64,000 bases of DNA from positions 103,292,001 to 103,356,000 of the forward strand of contig OZ024743.1 in NCBI GenBank assembly GCA_964016885.1. Reading direction: 5' to 3'. This DNA is from Eledone cirrhosa. Its lineage: Eukaryota. The position numbers and the translations under genes were made by a program. The notes below the pieces were generated by a model. The model was given only the letters and a program-made list of their open reading frames with translations, was not told where the DNA came from and searched no databases. Positions 43,880 through 57,585 of the stretch are shown here, one piece after another; position 1 is the first letter of the stretch, and each line of letters opens with the position of its first letter.

Positions 43880-45350
43880 CTAAATAAAAACATGTAATAC
43901 CATGTCATCTGCAACTTCCAGCCGACTGATTCTACCAGCCAGTCGGGATAACATTTCTAACCTGGCTGCATATACCATTCCTGTTCGTGAAGATTATGAA
44001 CAAGAAAGGTGAGAGAACGAACCCATGACTAAATATGACTCTTACACTGAGTGGTGTCGAATTTTTTGTAATCAGGTTTAGGAGTTCAGCACAGTATTCC
44101 CTCCACCTCGTGAGGATGCACCTATCTGAAAAGAGGAGAACCCCTGACGCTTTTCTGATAGCATGTATGGAGGATTTCTTATCACGAAGTTGGCGGATGG
44201 TCTGCCAGAACACTTTATTTGCTGATCGAATTCGGATTTCAACTTAACCCCAAACTCCTCCCATGTCTTAACTTTGGACGCCTTTACTGTCTCTGCAGTG
44301 ACCTTTTTCGCCTGCTTGTACTGCAAGAGGAGTTATTTCTATGCCAAACTTTGTAGACATCCTTCTTTGTTTTTCCTCGGATGGCATCTTTTCCCTCTTG
44401 ATTGTGCCAACGCTTCCCACATTATCCTCTAGGTTGAGCGGGATCTGCAAAGTTTGAGAGCTTCCTTGGCTTTAGTTAGTCGCAATATGTAGGTAACTAG
44501 ATGGTGATCAGTTGACAGCTGGGCCCCTCTCTTATGCTTGTCTGAGAGCTGGAAGAAGGTGTACATAATAGAGAGTCCATTACTAGTAGTCTAACAAAAC
44601 CTCTCCATTTTTATCTCTTGTGTCAGGCGAGAATAAGATCAACAAAACACTGCAGCATGGCTAGACACAATATAGGCAATCATACTGCAGCGTCCTTCAC
44701 ACGGGATAACAAGGGACGAGTTCAGGCATTAGGTAGAAGGGACTATTTGGAAAATATATTGCAGTCTCATGCTGTAAAAACTGGCGTGCAACCTCTCTTG
44801 GGAGGCGTGGGATGGATGCACAAAAATTGCATATCCCGAGAACCCAAGAGCGTTCGGAAAGGATCAAATCGTAGCAAATTGAACTTGGAACATCACAACC
44901 CTTACAGGTAAGGGGCAGGAACTAGTGGAGGATAGTAGATGCAACCGGCTAGATATAGTCGGAGTTTCCTCAACAAAGTATCGTTGTTCTGGTACTGTAG
45001 ACTTGGATGATGATAGAAACTGCACTACTTAGGTTTGGCGCCAGAAATGATTGCACAGGTAGGAGTGGGGATACTCACAAGCTCTCGCCTGTCAAGGGAT
45101 TATGGACTGGATCCCATTACTAAGGAGGATTTCCCTTTTGAAGTTTAAGCTGAAAGGTAGATCTCTGTGAGTGGTGAAGGTTTATGCAACAAAGAATCTG
45201 AACACACAGCCGTCCGTGATGAAGTCATTGCAACGGTAGATGTAGTTAAGACTGAGTCATATATCTTAATGGAAGACTTCAAAGCATGTGTGGCACTGAT
45301 CACTGACAGAGAAAAGAGTGAAAGGAAGGAATGGCGATCATGATCTAAAG
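43880..45350. pseudogene. RTE-clade LINE remnant in two opposed pieces
   Basis: Minus 43880-44540: STDHHLV, YKQAKK..KTWEEFG, FWQTIRQLR, ILTRWREY..ELLN, GFVLSPFLFIIF. Plus 44560-45350: LDIVGVSSTK, AQVGVGILTS, ILMEDFKA (APE-like). Confidence 0.7.
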
Positions 45351-46780
45351 ATCACCACCTATTTTATAAATTAAACACAACTATTAGTGAACATACAAAA
45401 CCATCATGGCTTAACTTGTGTCTTATTCGACCAACTCGTTACTACAATTATTATATACAATGGGGCGACACAAAGATTTATATGATGGACAAGCAGAACG
45501 GCCAGTTAAATCCAGCAGTAAATAACGCACCAACATTTTAGCTTAAATCCATACCTCTATTGTACAAACAGAACACCAAAACTTGTGGACACCTTACAAG
45601 TGATCTGAGGTATGTTTCAACAGCTTCACCGCCTTAATTTGAGCGAGAGGTCATAGAACTACAGAGTAAGGAAAGAACCCTGTAATTTAGAATCAGATGC
45701 GCAGTAAATGAAATATCACGCAATTATCAGAAGGGTTACACAGTCCAGAAGTATGAAAACAACCTACGAAATCATTGCTCGTCTATCGTAGAGAATTATA
45801 GCCGGTCAATTCGTATACTATACAAGCAAAATCCTGAACCAGAAGGAGCACGCATCTTAAAAAGTAACATTTTCTTCCTGCGAAGAATTGTATTTATGAA
45901 CTGTAACTCAGACAGCATTGTCACACGATATCAGTCAGACTTAAGAAAAAAACTAAAAAGGCAATTTGGAGATAAAGGATTTAGAATACTAAGCTCCAGA
46001 CTGCAGCAGCTGAAATAACACTCAACCGCAGCTGAAAAACTAAAATACAAGCATATAGACGACAACTGCTGAATAGATTATTTAGTAGAGATCGTAAATC
46101 AGTCTATCATAGCTTCCATATAAAGGCTCAATCTCTGTAAAAGACACCCCAGCAGAAGATCACGTTGAGAGCTACTGAGACCTGTATGGAAAGCAAACGA
46201 CGAGTTCAACATTCAACTAACAGGTATGACCAAACCCTCTATCATACCTGCTCATAAATCATGGTTGTCATAGAATTGGATCCAGAGTATCTCCCACCTT
46301 TTCTCTGTCAATGACCTGAGGCTATATATCAAGTACTTCAAAAAGTAATTGGACCTAATTAGTCAATTTACTACAGACACTGCAATGAAATGTGTTGAAT
46401 CTATATGCGCATTTTTTAAATAATAAAACGTAGAAAAGTCATGCGCTCCTAAAACAATTAAAACATGAAAGGCTTGGCGATACAGTCTCTACAGACGAGT
46501 GACAGTTATCTGTATCTTGGGCGGGATGAGAGTATCAGATATGATTGACCCATAAAGAAAGAACTGGTCATTGCAAGAGTTGAACGAGATAGATATAAGG
46601 ACTCTGTTACAAGAACCTTTAATATGAAAGTTGACGTGAATAGGCTATATTTCCAACGCAAGAAGGTTGGCCCGGGCCTAAAATTCATATTAATATCGTC
46701 CAGGACCCGGATAGTATCACTGAAGTAACACCTTCAACAGGATAAAAAGATCAACAACCATCTCGCCCAGGTTTATGAGA
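45350..46780 (+). pseudogene. Decayed non-LTR retrotransposon RT, R4/Dong-like
   Basis: ISHLFSVNDLRL (HLxYMDDLKL-like), YLYLG.DESI, VDVNRLYFQRKKVGPGL (DRLY..R..GGRGL-like); many stops. Confidence 0.55.
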
Positions 46781-46783
46781 CCT

Positions 46784-46817
46784 TTCCTGATGAAAGACGA
46801 ACATCTGATACGTTGAA
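46784..46817 (+). ncRNA. Minimal hammerhead-like motif with GATA in place of GAAA (F11)
   Basis: TTC-CTGATGA-A-AGA-CGAACA-TCT-GATA-CGTT-GAA. Confidence 0.6.
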
Positions 46818-47220
46818 GTATTAATTTTCCTTTTCCAACAAGCGTGAAACTAATAAGACTTTCTTTTCGTTTTGTTTATCTTGTACCATATTTCAACGTT
46901 TACACGACACTCCTGTTCGAACCTGGATATTTAACCGGTACCTTTAGACCCTACACCTCTACTTTTCGAATTACTAGATGATTCTAACTGCTCTTGCAAT
47001 GAACTAATCTTCCACCACCTTCCACACTTTTTTCTTTGGTCTCCCTCTTGCTTCCATCCCCTTACATTTTCCTCTTTCTCTCCCGTGTGCTTCTTCCCCC
47101 ACCATGCCCAACCAAAGACTCTTCTTACTTGACTCCCCACCTCGCGCATCTTGGTAAAACGTTTTTCTCTCTCAATATGCTTCCCACCCTGCCACACGCC
47201 CCTTTCGTCGAACCTTGCTC

Positions 47221-47256
47221 TTTCCTGATGAAGGACTAAAGCCCGATACGTTGAAA
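47221..47256 (+). ncRNA. Minimal hammerhead-like motif with GATA (F11)
   Basis: TTTC-CTGATGA-A-GG-ACTAAAGC-CC-GATA-CGTT-GAAA; follows a pyrimidine-rich PLE-type 3' region. Confidence 0.6.
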
Positions 47257-47367
47257 CATTCCTTTCCCAACAGGCATGAAACTAATAATACTTTGTATTG
47301 TTGTATCTCTGTGTTAGACTTGTTTATTTTGAAATATGTATAAATGTATACACACATATATACATAC

Positions 47368-47427
<60 letters not shown>

Positions 47428-47476
47428 CAGTTAAGCGTTTAAATGTGTGCGTATGTGTAAATACTACGGAGGAGGA

Positions 47477-47522
<46 letters not shown>

Positions 47523-49969
47523 AGTTCTGCATCTAAATGCATGCGCGTGCGTAAATACTGCGGAGGAATATATCGGTTAGTGTATCAGTCTATGGATAGG
47601 TAGGTTTTTAATTACATATAATATGCGTGCAGCTATAATAATGCGCGTGAACATTGTGCATCTTCGTAGGTATGCGTATATTTATACAGCGCAACCCCAT
47701 TTGAAACTTCAAAGTTAGATACACACACACATACACACACCCACGTACACACACAAACACACACACACACACACACAGAATATATCACGTCTAAAGAAAA
47801 TCTGGTATCTATCACACACGCAGTAAATCGTGTTATCCACACCACCCTTATTCCATTGGCATGAACGTGCAACGGTTTCGACGCTAAATGTTCCATTTGT
47901 TCGATCAACCGCACAACCTATTTATGAATTTAGAGAGTAAGCCACTGAGCGTTCCACAAACACATTTACGCTGAACGCAGATTCAGTTTGATACAGCGGG
48001 CCCTTTTAAGTATTGGTACTTATACTTCCTTCTCCTAAAGTTAAAGCAATATGAACCCCCGCAACGGAAGATACATTGGTAGAATTGGTAGAGCGTTTTA
48101 TAAAATGTCATTGGGGTTGTTATTCCTCTCATGTAATGGGGTCGATATAATCACCTTATCCCTTCCCTCAAAATGTTCTGGCCTTGTACCTAAATCAATA
48201 CAAACCACCACGGCTGAACATTTATTTCTATGAGCAACATAATCCTGTATGTACGTGGGTGTGTGAATGTGTGCGTGTGTGTTTGTGAGTACGTACATAT
48301 GTCAATCTATGTTTGTTTATTTTTTCCTGTGGGATTGGTAAGACGGTATGTTTCCATTGCGGACATATTTGCGTTTTATGTCTATCAGGTCATTGGCATA
48401 AGTATTTATTGTTTTTTGTGTGTGGGTTTTTTTCTCACACTCTTTTTTTTTTATTTTAGCTGTAAATAATAGGAAAATGAATCAAAAAAGTAAATAAATG
48501 AGATAAAAAAGCAGAAAACCTGCAATAGCATGTGCAGTATGATTAGTTGATAAAGACATTCAAGTACTGTAATAGCGCTAGACATAATTGTACCAATATA
48601 GATTGCAAAAATACAGCCACGGGTTAGAAGGAGATGAAACAGCAGACATTAAGAATCAAGCAGCGTCTCCAATTGCTTCAATAAAGTATGTTGGCAATAT
48701 GCCACTAACGTAGTATGGTGGTATTGCAGTTGCAGTTTTAGACTGGTTGGTGCAACTCCTCTTCCTTTGCTTGCACTTATTAAATAGATGCATCTTTCAC
48801 AACGCATTTGTTTTTATTTCGTTTCATTCTTTTGTTTTGTTTTGGCAGCATAATTGACTTAATAATTTATTATTCTGGTTGTTGTTGCTGTTCTTGTTAT
48901 TATTGTTGCTACTGCTGTTGTTTTTTTATTCTAATGTTGTTACTGTTGTTATTGTTTTGACTATTGTCGGTATTCTTGATATTGTTTCTGTTGTTGTTAT
49001 CATCGTTATTATTGATGTTGCTTTTATGTTTGCAGGTCTGATTCAGCAAATAGTAGATCTTTAAGCCCCAGGTCATTTCTGATTGAACAAACAGTTGACC
49101 ATTGAGCTCCATGTCGCTTCTGGTTCAGCAAACACTTGATCAAATTTATTTTCCCATGGCAATTCAGCATATCTACTTTTTAAAGACTGATTTGAAGGTG
49201 ATAGGGCAGGTATTTCTAGCAGAACAAAATACTACATAGAGGCTCACTCGTTGATGATATTGCATAGTATGGATGTATGGACCCGTAACTGCCGATGGAG
49301 TCGTTGGAGTACTGTGGTGACACAAGGCCTGTCTTGAGTATTCTCAACCTGACGGAACCCATCTCCACTCCAAATCTAAACACAGCCATTTTCTTTCAGA
49401 AAAGAGGAGATAGAATGGGAGAAAGGGATATAGAGGAAAAATTGACCTCAGTAATGGTTGCTACTTTTTTTCGAACTCGAAAGGATGAAAGCAAGGTTTT
49501 GAACACAGTAGTCAGAGAGTCGTAACACACACCTACACTCTAATGACTCTGACCTCCTTTGCAAATACACGCGTGCGCATACACATGCAGTTATCCCGAA
49601 CAAATACCACAAAGCATTCTATCGGACGTCTTAACGATTTTGCCAATTCGCCATTTGCTGGATGAAAATAAAATACACATAGTAAGATGCTACGCAATGG
49701 TATAGAAACCGAAACCTCGTAATTGGAAGAGAATTTCTACATCTCTCTACCAAATCTGCACTCAAACACTAACCTGTATATATTGTTTTCTTTACGTATA
49801 TAAATAGGTACAAGCCTGCCTGTCTGGTTAAATAATTTCTTTCGCTACCAGGGTACAGGGTAAATTATCATTGCATGGTAGGTTAATTTTTCTTCTACAG
49901 CTTCGTATACTTCAATGCTTGGTGAGTGGAATTTGATAGAGAGAAAGGTTAAGGAAGCTCCTCATATAC

Positions 49970-50005
<36 letters not shown>

Positions 50006-50329
50006 CCTTGTGGTTGATTTTACACCTCACTGTAAATGAGGGTTCAATTAGATTCGGAAATCGGTCAAAGATGTTTATCATTTTTTGTTCAATTTACATG
50101 GAAATTCCTAATTTCTGGCATGTTTACATGCCTACATATTATATATGTGTATAAATTTATACACTTGTTGCAGTTTTGATTATACACATATTTATACGAA
50201 TATAACTATCATACGTATATAGTTATATATGTATTATTTTTATGTATGTATCTATAAGTGCGACACGTATTTAAGGATACTTAATTTTCCAATAATTCAA
50301 AGTATTATATTTCTCAGAGATCCTCTATG

Positions 50330-51000
50330 ACAGATGATATGCCAACACAGGAAATGGAAAGATATGGAGTCATAGTTACAATATGTGCGAAACACAGCGA
50401 TTTACAAATTGCCAAATTTCTAAATGTTGTAAAATCTTTTCTTTTTATACAAAGTTCGAATAAAATTAGAAACTACTCGCGAAACTGTTTCAACTGTAAT
50501 TAAGAGGAAACAATGATTTTAAACGCTGGAACACTATAAGGGCGCCGCAATTCATTTAACTGCTTCAAAACATTATTGATGATGATTCCGGAAAATCAGT
50601 GACGGTAATTGCCAAATAACTTCAGATGTCGGGTTGTGGGGCATGAATATATTCGATACATATCATATGTACTGAGGTGAAGCCAATTAATGTCTGCAAA
50701 GACACAGAAACGCCGTTTTGATCCGTGACAGTCGGGTACTTCACAAGCTTAAAAACATTCACGAACATGGCAAGCTTTGTTTATTCTCTGACAGGAGAAA
50801 TGACAGGTGTATATGTGTAGATCCTTCTGATGTTCTCAGAGTGATGCATGCAATGGTTCCAACAGCTGTGATGGTTTTAGGAGTTGAAAGTGACGAAGGT
50901 TGTATCATGTCACCTCACATCTTTCCACGGCGTCTTAGAATTATTGCGACTGGATACGTTAAGGTGCTGAGACAGTTGTTAAGCCCTGAATAGATGAAGA
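50330..51000 (+). pseudogene. Tc1/mariner-superfamily transposase remnant
   Basis: FSD..NDR, PTAVMVLGVESDEGCIMSPHIFP..L.I...GYVKVL resembling the DDD/E catalytic region; multiple stops and frameshifts. Confidence 0.6.
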
Positions 51001-51220
51001 TGTTGACATGTTCTTCTATTTGGATACTCGTCATCGCTTTTCAGGGAGTGGGATTGGTTCAGTCCAAGGTTTTCTTCATTTAAAAAAGCGTCAAGCACAG
51101 GCATCACTTTATCTAAATGCTTTTCACAAGGGTCACCCATTTATTGGAGTGGATCAAGTGATAACAATTCTCAAAATCAACATGCAGCCACCATGTATGT
51201 ATGCATGTATATATATATAG

Positions 51221-51349
51221 GAAAAAGTAGGACCCCGACGGCAGAGCTCAAGCCGTTTCGACGTTTGGACTATTTCTCACTCTACTACCCTAAGTATTGA
51301 GTACTCTGGTGCGTTATGGTCCATCTGGTTCCTTACCACAATTCCTTTG

Positions 51350-51352
<3 letters not shown>
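51221..51352. mobile_element. F5 pLTR fold-back remnant
   Basis: Reverse HHR 3' half (GACCCCGACGGCAGAGCTCAAGCCGTTTCGAC) joined to the forward F5 tail; TA on both sides. Confidence 0.7.
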
Positions 51353-51395
<43 letters not shown>

Positions 51396-51463
51396 TGGGT
51401 ATAATGACCTATGGTAAAAGTCCTTTAAATCCTGGTGGAGTCATTGAAATGCTGAATTTTAAC

Positions 51464-52257
51464 AATCCGTGATTTGGCTACTGTGGTTTACCGAACGATT
51501 GATGGTGAAATATATTTCTTTAATGAAATATATACAAGGAAGATTAATCCATTTATAAGGTATCTATTTTTAAAGTTCTAGTTAAACTTTAATTAGTTAC
51601 CTACATAGCTATGTGTGTTTACACACTTTTACAAATTATTCCCTGTGATTGTTTCATATGTTTATTTTAGATATATCAATCAATTTCTAGTTGATATAAA
51701 GTGCTCGGATCTATTCATTGGAATCTTGGAGCATATTCTACAGTGGATATGGCGCATGTCTCTCTCTGACCTGACGCTCTTAATTTAATTTAATTTAATG
51801 TTGGATATATATATATATATACGGCCCCTAATTGTTGAGCTAACTCAGTTGAAAAGACTCGACTGCTATTTCTAGTTGTCGATAACCCTATTCACGCCAC
51901 TGAGATGAAGCTGGTACAATGTGTGTATTTTTGAAAAGTGCAACACGAGCTACTAGTCATTCGCAGATTTGAATTTGCTGTGTAAACACAGATAGTTAAG
52001 TCTTCTTCCTTGTTGAAAATCCGAAATTTGGCTACTCTGGTTTACGAACGATTGATGGTAAAATATATTTCTTTAATGAAATATATAAAAGGAAGATTAA
52101 TCCATTTATAAGGTATCTATTTTTAAAGTTCTAGTTAAACTTTAATTAGTTACCTACATAGCTGTGTGCTTACACAATTTTACAAATTATTCCCTGTGAT
52201 TGTTTCATATGTTTATTTTAGATATATATATATGTCAATCAATTTCTGGTTGATATA
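51464..52257 (+). repeat. ~235-bp direct repeat pair (51464-51698, 52018-52257)
   Basis: Near-identical blocks, pLTR-like arrangement but no clear ribozyme core. Confidence 0.8.
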
Positions 52258-52453
52258 TATATATAAAAAGAGAGTGAGAAACAAAAAAGGAAAAAAATAT
52301 ATTTTTCTTCCTAATAATCGTCTCTTTCTCCCTGTTTATATATATATATATATATATATACGTAGACCACGGATCGTATGCGCATAAACGCACCTGTACC
52401 GTGTCGTATTTGTGACAGTATTGTATAAGCTCAATGTACGAGAACAGAGCCGT

Positions 52454-52570
52454 TATATGTAAAACAAATCAAAGAACGCCTACATACTCATACAATTTTT
52501 ATTTGCTGACAATATCAGCAAATAAAAATTGTATGAGTATGTAGGCATTCTTTGATTTCTTTTACATATA
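52454..52570. repeat. 56-bp-arm hairpin palindrome
   Basis: TATATGTAAAACAAATCAAAGAACGCC...TTTGCTGA-CAATA-TCAGCAAA...TTTTACATATA with two mismatches. Confidence 0.9.
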
Positions 52571-53190
52571 TAAATATATATATATGGAGGAGGTTATAGT
52601 TCACTTGAAGCATTGTGTAATGAGGTATAAACGTTTGTATATGTGTAATAAAGCCAAAACAATGCAGGTATGGACATAGAATAAAGAATGCAAATGCAAA
52701 AGATATTGTTGACAATTAGTCTTTTACCTTAGATTTAATTTAAATGTCCTTAATTTTCGAGATAATATCTCTTCTTCAGAGCGAAGTAAAGTTGTCAACC
52801 AGTGTTCTAAGTAGCTTGCCAAGTCATGCTGACAGGAAATGGTATAGAGTATCTGTTCTATCTCTAATGTCAAAGAGTTAAGTTTAGGGGGATAAAGAGT
52901 AGTCTCCCTTTAAAAGGGGTTTGTTTTTGTTTTTTTGTTTTTTTTATATACATGCCTGTTTAAGTGTGTGGGAGAATGCATGAAGGTGTAAGTATGTGAG
53001 TGTGTGTGTGTGAGTGTGAGAAGATATGTCTATTCGTAAATGTGGGGGATAGGTGTTATCTCGTGTTAGAACTGGTTTTGTGTGTGTATGTGTGAGAGAG
53101 AATAAGTGGAGGTGTAAGCGTGTGTGTGTGTGTGTGTGCGCGTGCGTGTGTGTGTGTGGGGTGTGTGTAAATATGGGGCTAGAAGCTCTA

Positions 53191-53682
53191 TCAAGTTATA
53201 AATTGGGTGTTGAGTTCTAGTCTATTATTGATTGGTGGTTGTGTTTTGTCTATAATTAGTGCTTCCTTAATTCTAAGATTGCCGAGGTTTCTTTCCTTGG
53301 TTTCTATCCTAACTGTTATGGTTTTGTCGGTGTTTTTGCATTTAACTAGGTGTTTCTTAAATGAGGAAGCGTTAGTATTGAGGTGTTCTTTTATTCTTAT
53401 GTGGAGTGGTCTGGTGGTGCTACCTACGTAGAAGTTGTTGCATTTGTCACACTCTAGTCTGTATACGACGTAAGCCTGGTGGCATAGGTCTGTGTCGTTG
53501 ATGGGGCAGTTGGCTAGTCTGCAGCAGTTGTCATGTCTGGTGGAGTGTCTTTTGGTTAGCTGTCCGCGTAGAGAAAGACCTGAGTGGGCCAGTTGGATAT
53601 CTAGTCCCTCTCGTCTGATAGCTCTGCGGATGGCTGTTGTTTCTTCACTGAAGTGTGGGAGCTTCAGGAAGCAAGTGTTAGT
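53191..53682 (-). pseudogene. PLE linker + GIY-YIG endonuclease (open frame, no ATG, absent from the ORF track)
   Basis: Manual translation: TNTCFLKLPHFSEE...CRLANCPINDTDLCHQAYVVYRLECDKCNNFYVGSTTRPLHIRIKEH...KH...LRIKEALII...PPINNR. Confidence 0.88.
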
Positions 53683-53689
53683 TTTGCGT

Positions 53690-54855
53690 CATCTCTCAAG
53701 CCACGTACAACAACCTAGCCTTTGAACACCTAAGCGACAATGAATTATACACAGAGATCCCGGACATGACTGCAGCCCAGATCGAAAAACAGACCAACTC
53801 CATCTGGTTCGATATCTGTAGGAGAAGACAACTCCCAAATAAAGTTAAGCTCAACTACACCACTAGAAATAGCAGACTGCCCACTTTCTACCACCTCATC
53901 AAGACCCACAATAATATTACTAAAACTTAAATAAGACCCATCGTCTCTAGCATAGAAGGACCCCTATAAAAATCTCCTGGCCTCTCTCCCAGGTCCTCAA
54001 GCCTCTACTCTCCACCTTTCCCGGGCATGTCAGTAGCTCCAACGAAGTTATACGTAGACTACACCACCTCCAGCCAGAACAACTTTAACTGAATAAATAC
54101 GCCTTTAGCCTCGACGTTGTCTCCCTCTACACTACAGTCCCCGCTCATCCAGCTGTCGATTTATTGACGGACTGCGTGGTCGCAGAGGACATCCACTGCT
54201 ACGGCCTCCACCCGACGGACATACACCAGCTTTTGTCCTTCACAGTAGACAACACGTACTTCACCTTCCACCACCACACATACAGACAGACAACAGGATT
54301 ACCCATGGGATCCAGCCTATCGGGCCTGCTGGCCATCACCTACATGAACCAGCTAGAATGCCGAGCCCTCAACACCTGCCATTCCCATACCTTCTTCACC
54401 CGATATGTAGAAGGTATGTAGATGACATACTCATCCTTACATCATCCCGTGAGGAGGCAGATAAAATATACACAACATTCTCCAGCATGGACGCCAGTAT
54501 AAAGTTCAGCATGGAACACCCCGATGACCGCGGATCCCTATCTCTACTGGACTTCCAACTCAGGGTAACAGAGGAAGGCAACATCCACACCTGCTTCTAT
54601 AAAAAAACCGCCAGCAGGGACCTGTTCGTACATTTCAGATCGGCCCTCCCACTCGGTACCAAGTTCGGATACATAAGGAATGAACTGGCACGTATCCAGA
54701 ACAAATGCACCGACGCTAGAGACCGAGACACACACACCACACGTTTCCTGAAAGTACTCAAACTGAACGGATACACGACATCCACCACAAACCGTGCCAG
54801 AAAGAACAGAGGACACCACACCCGAGGCACTAACACTTGCTTCCTGAAGCTCCCA
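53690..54855 (+). pseudogene. PLE reverse transcriptase fragment with stops and a frameshift
   Basis: RLPTFYHLIKTH, IRPIVSS, FSLDVVSLYTTVP, YRQTTGLPMGSSLS, RYVDDI (broken by a ~10-nt duplication), LSLLD, YKK..RDLFVHFRSALP. Confidence 0.9.
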
Positions 54856-55158
54856 AAAAAACAAAAACAAACCCCTTTTAAAGGGAGACTACTCTTTACC
54901 CACCTAATCTTAACTCTTTGACATTAGAGATAGAACAGATACTCTATACCATTTCCTGTCAGCATGACTTGGCAAGCTACTTAGAACACTGGTAGACAAC
55001 TTTACTTCGCTCTGAAGAAGAGATATTATCTCGAAAATTAAGGACATTTAAATTAAATCTAAGGTAAAAGACTAATTGTCAACAATATCTTTTGCATTTG
55101 CATTCTTTATTCTATGTCCATACCTGCATTGTTTTGGCTTTATTATACATATACAAAC

Positions 55159-55239
<81 letters not shown>

Positions 55240-55841
55240 TTGAGTTAGATAATAGAAGAGAGAAAGAAGAGAGAAAGTGTGAGTGAGTGGAAGAAAGAGA
55301 AGGAGGGGAGAAAGAGTGAGAGAGTGAGAGAGGGAGGGAGAGGTATAGATGGAGAGAGGGGGAGGGAAAGAGAGGGGGGGAAAGAGACAGAGAGAGAGAG
55401 AGAGATGAAGTTAAGTGACTGAAGAAAATTTACTTTTACATGATAATGAACACTAGCATTGCAGCGACTGCCCATGCAAATTGGCAGTCACACGTGACCC
55501 AGATATCTATGAGATTTTTTAAACAACAAGTAATGTATGTGCATAATCAGTTGTTTGCTTGTTGCACATACGCAGCAATTTTAATCTAAAACAATATTCC
55601 TATTTTATTTATGTGTTTTCGTATGTTATATTGTAAGTAATAAGTAAGTGCATTCTCGTTTCAACTTTAATCTGTACACCGACATTTAACTTGTTATTAG
55701 AATGTTGGATAAAATGCTTGCGGCAGTCGGCCCTCAGCCGTGGTCAACTTTGCCTTTCATCCTTTGTAGCCTGATATTGAGATCGATTCTTCTGTTCAGA
55801 GCTGAAGAAGGATGAGCTCCATCGGGTTTAAAATATCTATG

Positions 55842-55915
<74 letters not shown>

Positions 55916-56113
55916 AAACACACGTACATATATTTAATGGGGATCATTATAGATTCGGATGATTTTACAAGCTATATCTTAAAAGTATCTGAAACTATAA
56001 TGATCCACAGAAGACAGCCGATTAGCGGGAATTGCCTATGTGCCTGTCTCTTCTGAGTTTTCCGTTTTTGTTCCCCGGGTTTTAGATATTATCATTGTAA
56101 CCTACACACCCTA

Positions 56114-56146
<33 letters not shown>

Positions 56147-56149
<3 letters not shown>

Positions 56150-57222
56150 GGTGGCTGCCAACTCGTTTTCGAGTACAGCCACTATTTTATATCCATGTAG
56201 GAGAACCCCTACCGAAGCGCTGAACGAGTGTGACTTTTTAGTCCAGCCAGGGACTTGAAAACTCTGGTACAAACACTACACTTCTGACAATTATTGAAAC
56301 ATAGTGCTGGGCCCATGGTTCCATATGACGACAAGTGCAGAGAGATCTCCAGATATAAAGCAATGCCTGTGTCGTGAAGCTTTTATAGTGAGCAAAGGCA
56401 CTGCACAAAGCCAGTCCCACTCTCTTAACCAATATGATATTTACCAAAAAGAGGAACAAGTCAACATCATTGGATACCATCAGGGTTGCAGGTGTTATAT
56501 CAGAGTTTTCCTTCTCCTAGAATTCTGCCTTGACAAAGGCTAAGGGGTCATCATAAATACATACATACATACATACATACATACATACATACATACATGG
56601 TGGCTGCCAACTCGTTTTCGTGTACGGCCACTACTTTATATCCATGTAGGAGAACCCCTACCGATGCGCTGAACGAGTGTGACTTTTTAGTCCAGCCAGC
56701 GACTTGGAAACTCTGGTACAAACACTACACTTGTGACAATTATTGACACATAGTCCTGTGCGCATTGTACCAGATGACGACAAGTGCAGAGATATCTCCA
56801 GATATAAAGCAATGCCTGTGCCGTGAAGCTTTTATAGTGAGCAAAGGCTCTGCACAAAGCCAGTCCCACTCTCTTAACCAAGATGATATTTACCAAAAAG
56901 AAGAACAAGTCCACATCATTGGATACCATCAGGGTTGAAGGTGTTATATCAGAGTTTTCCTTCTCCTAGAATTCTGCCTTGACAAAGGTTAAGGGGTCAT
57001 CATACATACATACATACATACATACATACATACATACATACATACATACATACATACATACATACATACTTGGTGGCTGCCAACTCGTTTTCGTGTACGG
57101 CAACTACTTTATATCTATGTAGGAGAACCCCTACCGAAGCGCTGAACGAGTGTGACTTTTAGTGCAGCCAGCGACTTGAAAACTCTGGTACAAACACTAC
57201 ACTTGTAACAATTATTGACACA
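56147..57222 (-). repeat. Tandem array (~2.3 units of ~450 bp) of a non-autonomous RTE-type element separated by (CATA)n
   Basis: Units start at 56147, 56596 and 57071. Reverse strand: GGAGAAGGAAAACTCTGAT 5' block, a C-terminal remnant CSVCTRVFKSLAGLKSH, and a 3' stem-loop GTGGCTG..ACTCGAAAACGAGT..CAGCCAC. Confidence 0.7.
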
Positions 57223-57325
57223 TATATATATATATAGTAAGTGAAAATATCTCAAGAGGCGGACGGAGAAATGAATACATGATACAGCGATCATATACTA
57301 GACCCCACAACTTACCGTGGATATC

Positions 57326-57585
<260 letters not shown>

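Larger units (their letters stand above)
52626..55165. mobile_element. PLE with inverted ~310-bp pLTRs; RT on +, endonuclease on -
   Basis: 52626-52936 inverted to 54855-55165; each carries the minimal HHR CT-CTGAAGA-A-GAGAT-ATT-ATCTC-GAAA-ATT-A-AG (52747-52783 -, 55008-55044 +; F12). Confidence 0.9.

Noticed and set aside
56147-57222. CRISPR-like or gene array
   Set aside because: Whole units are repeated with no unique spacers; eukaryotic retroelement context.
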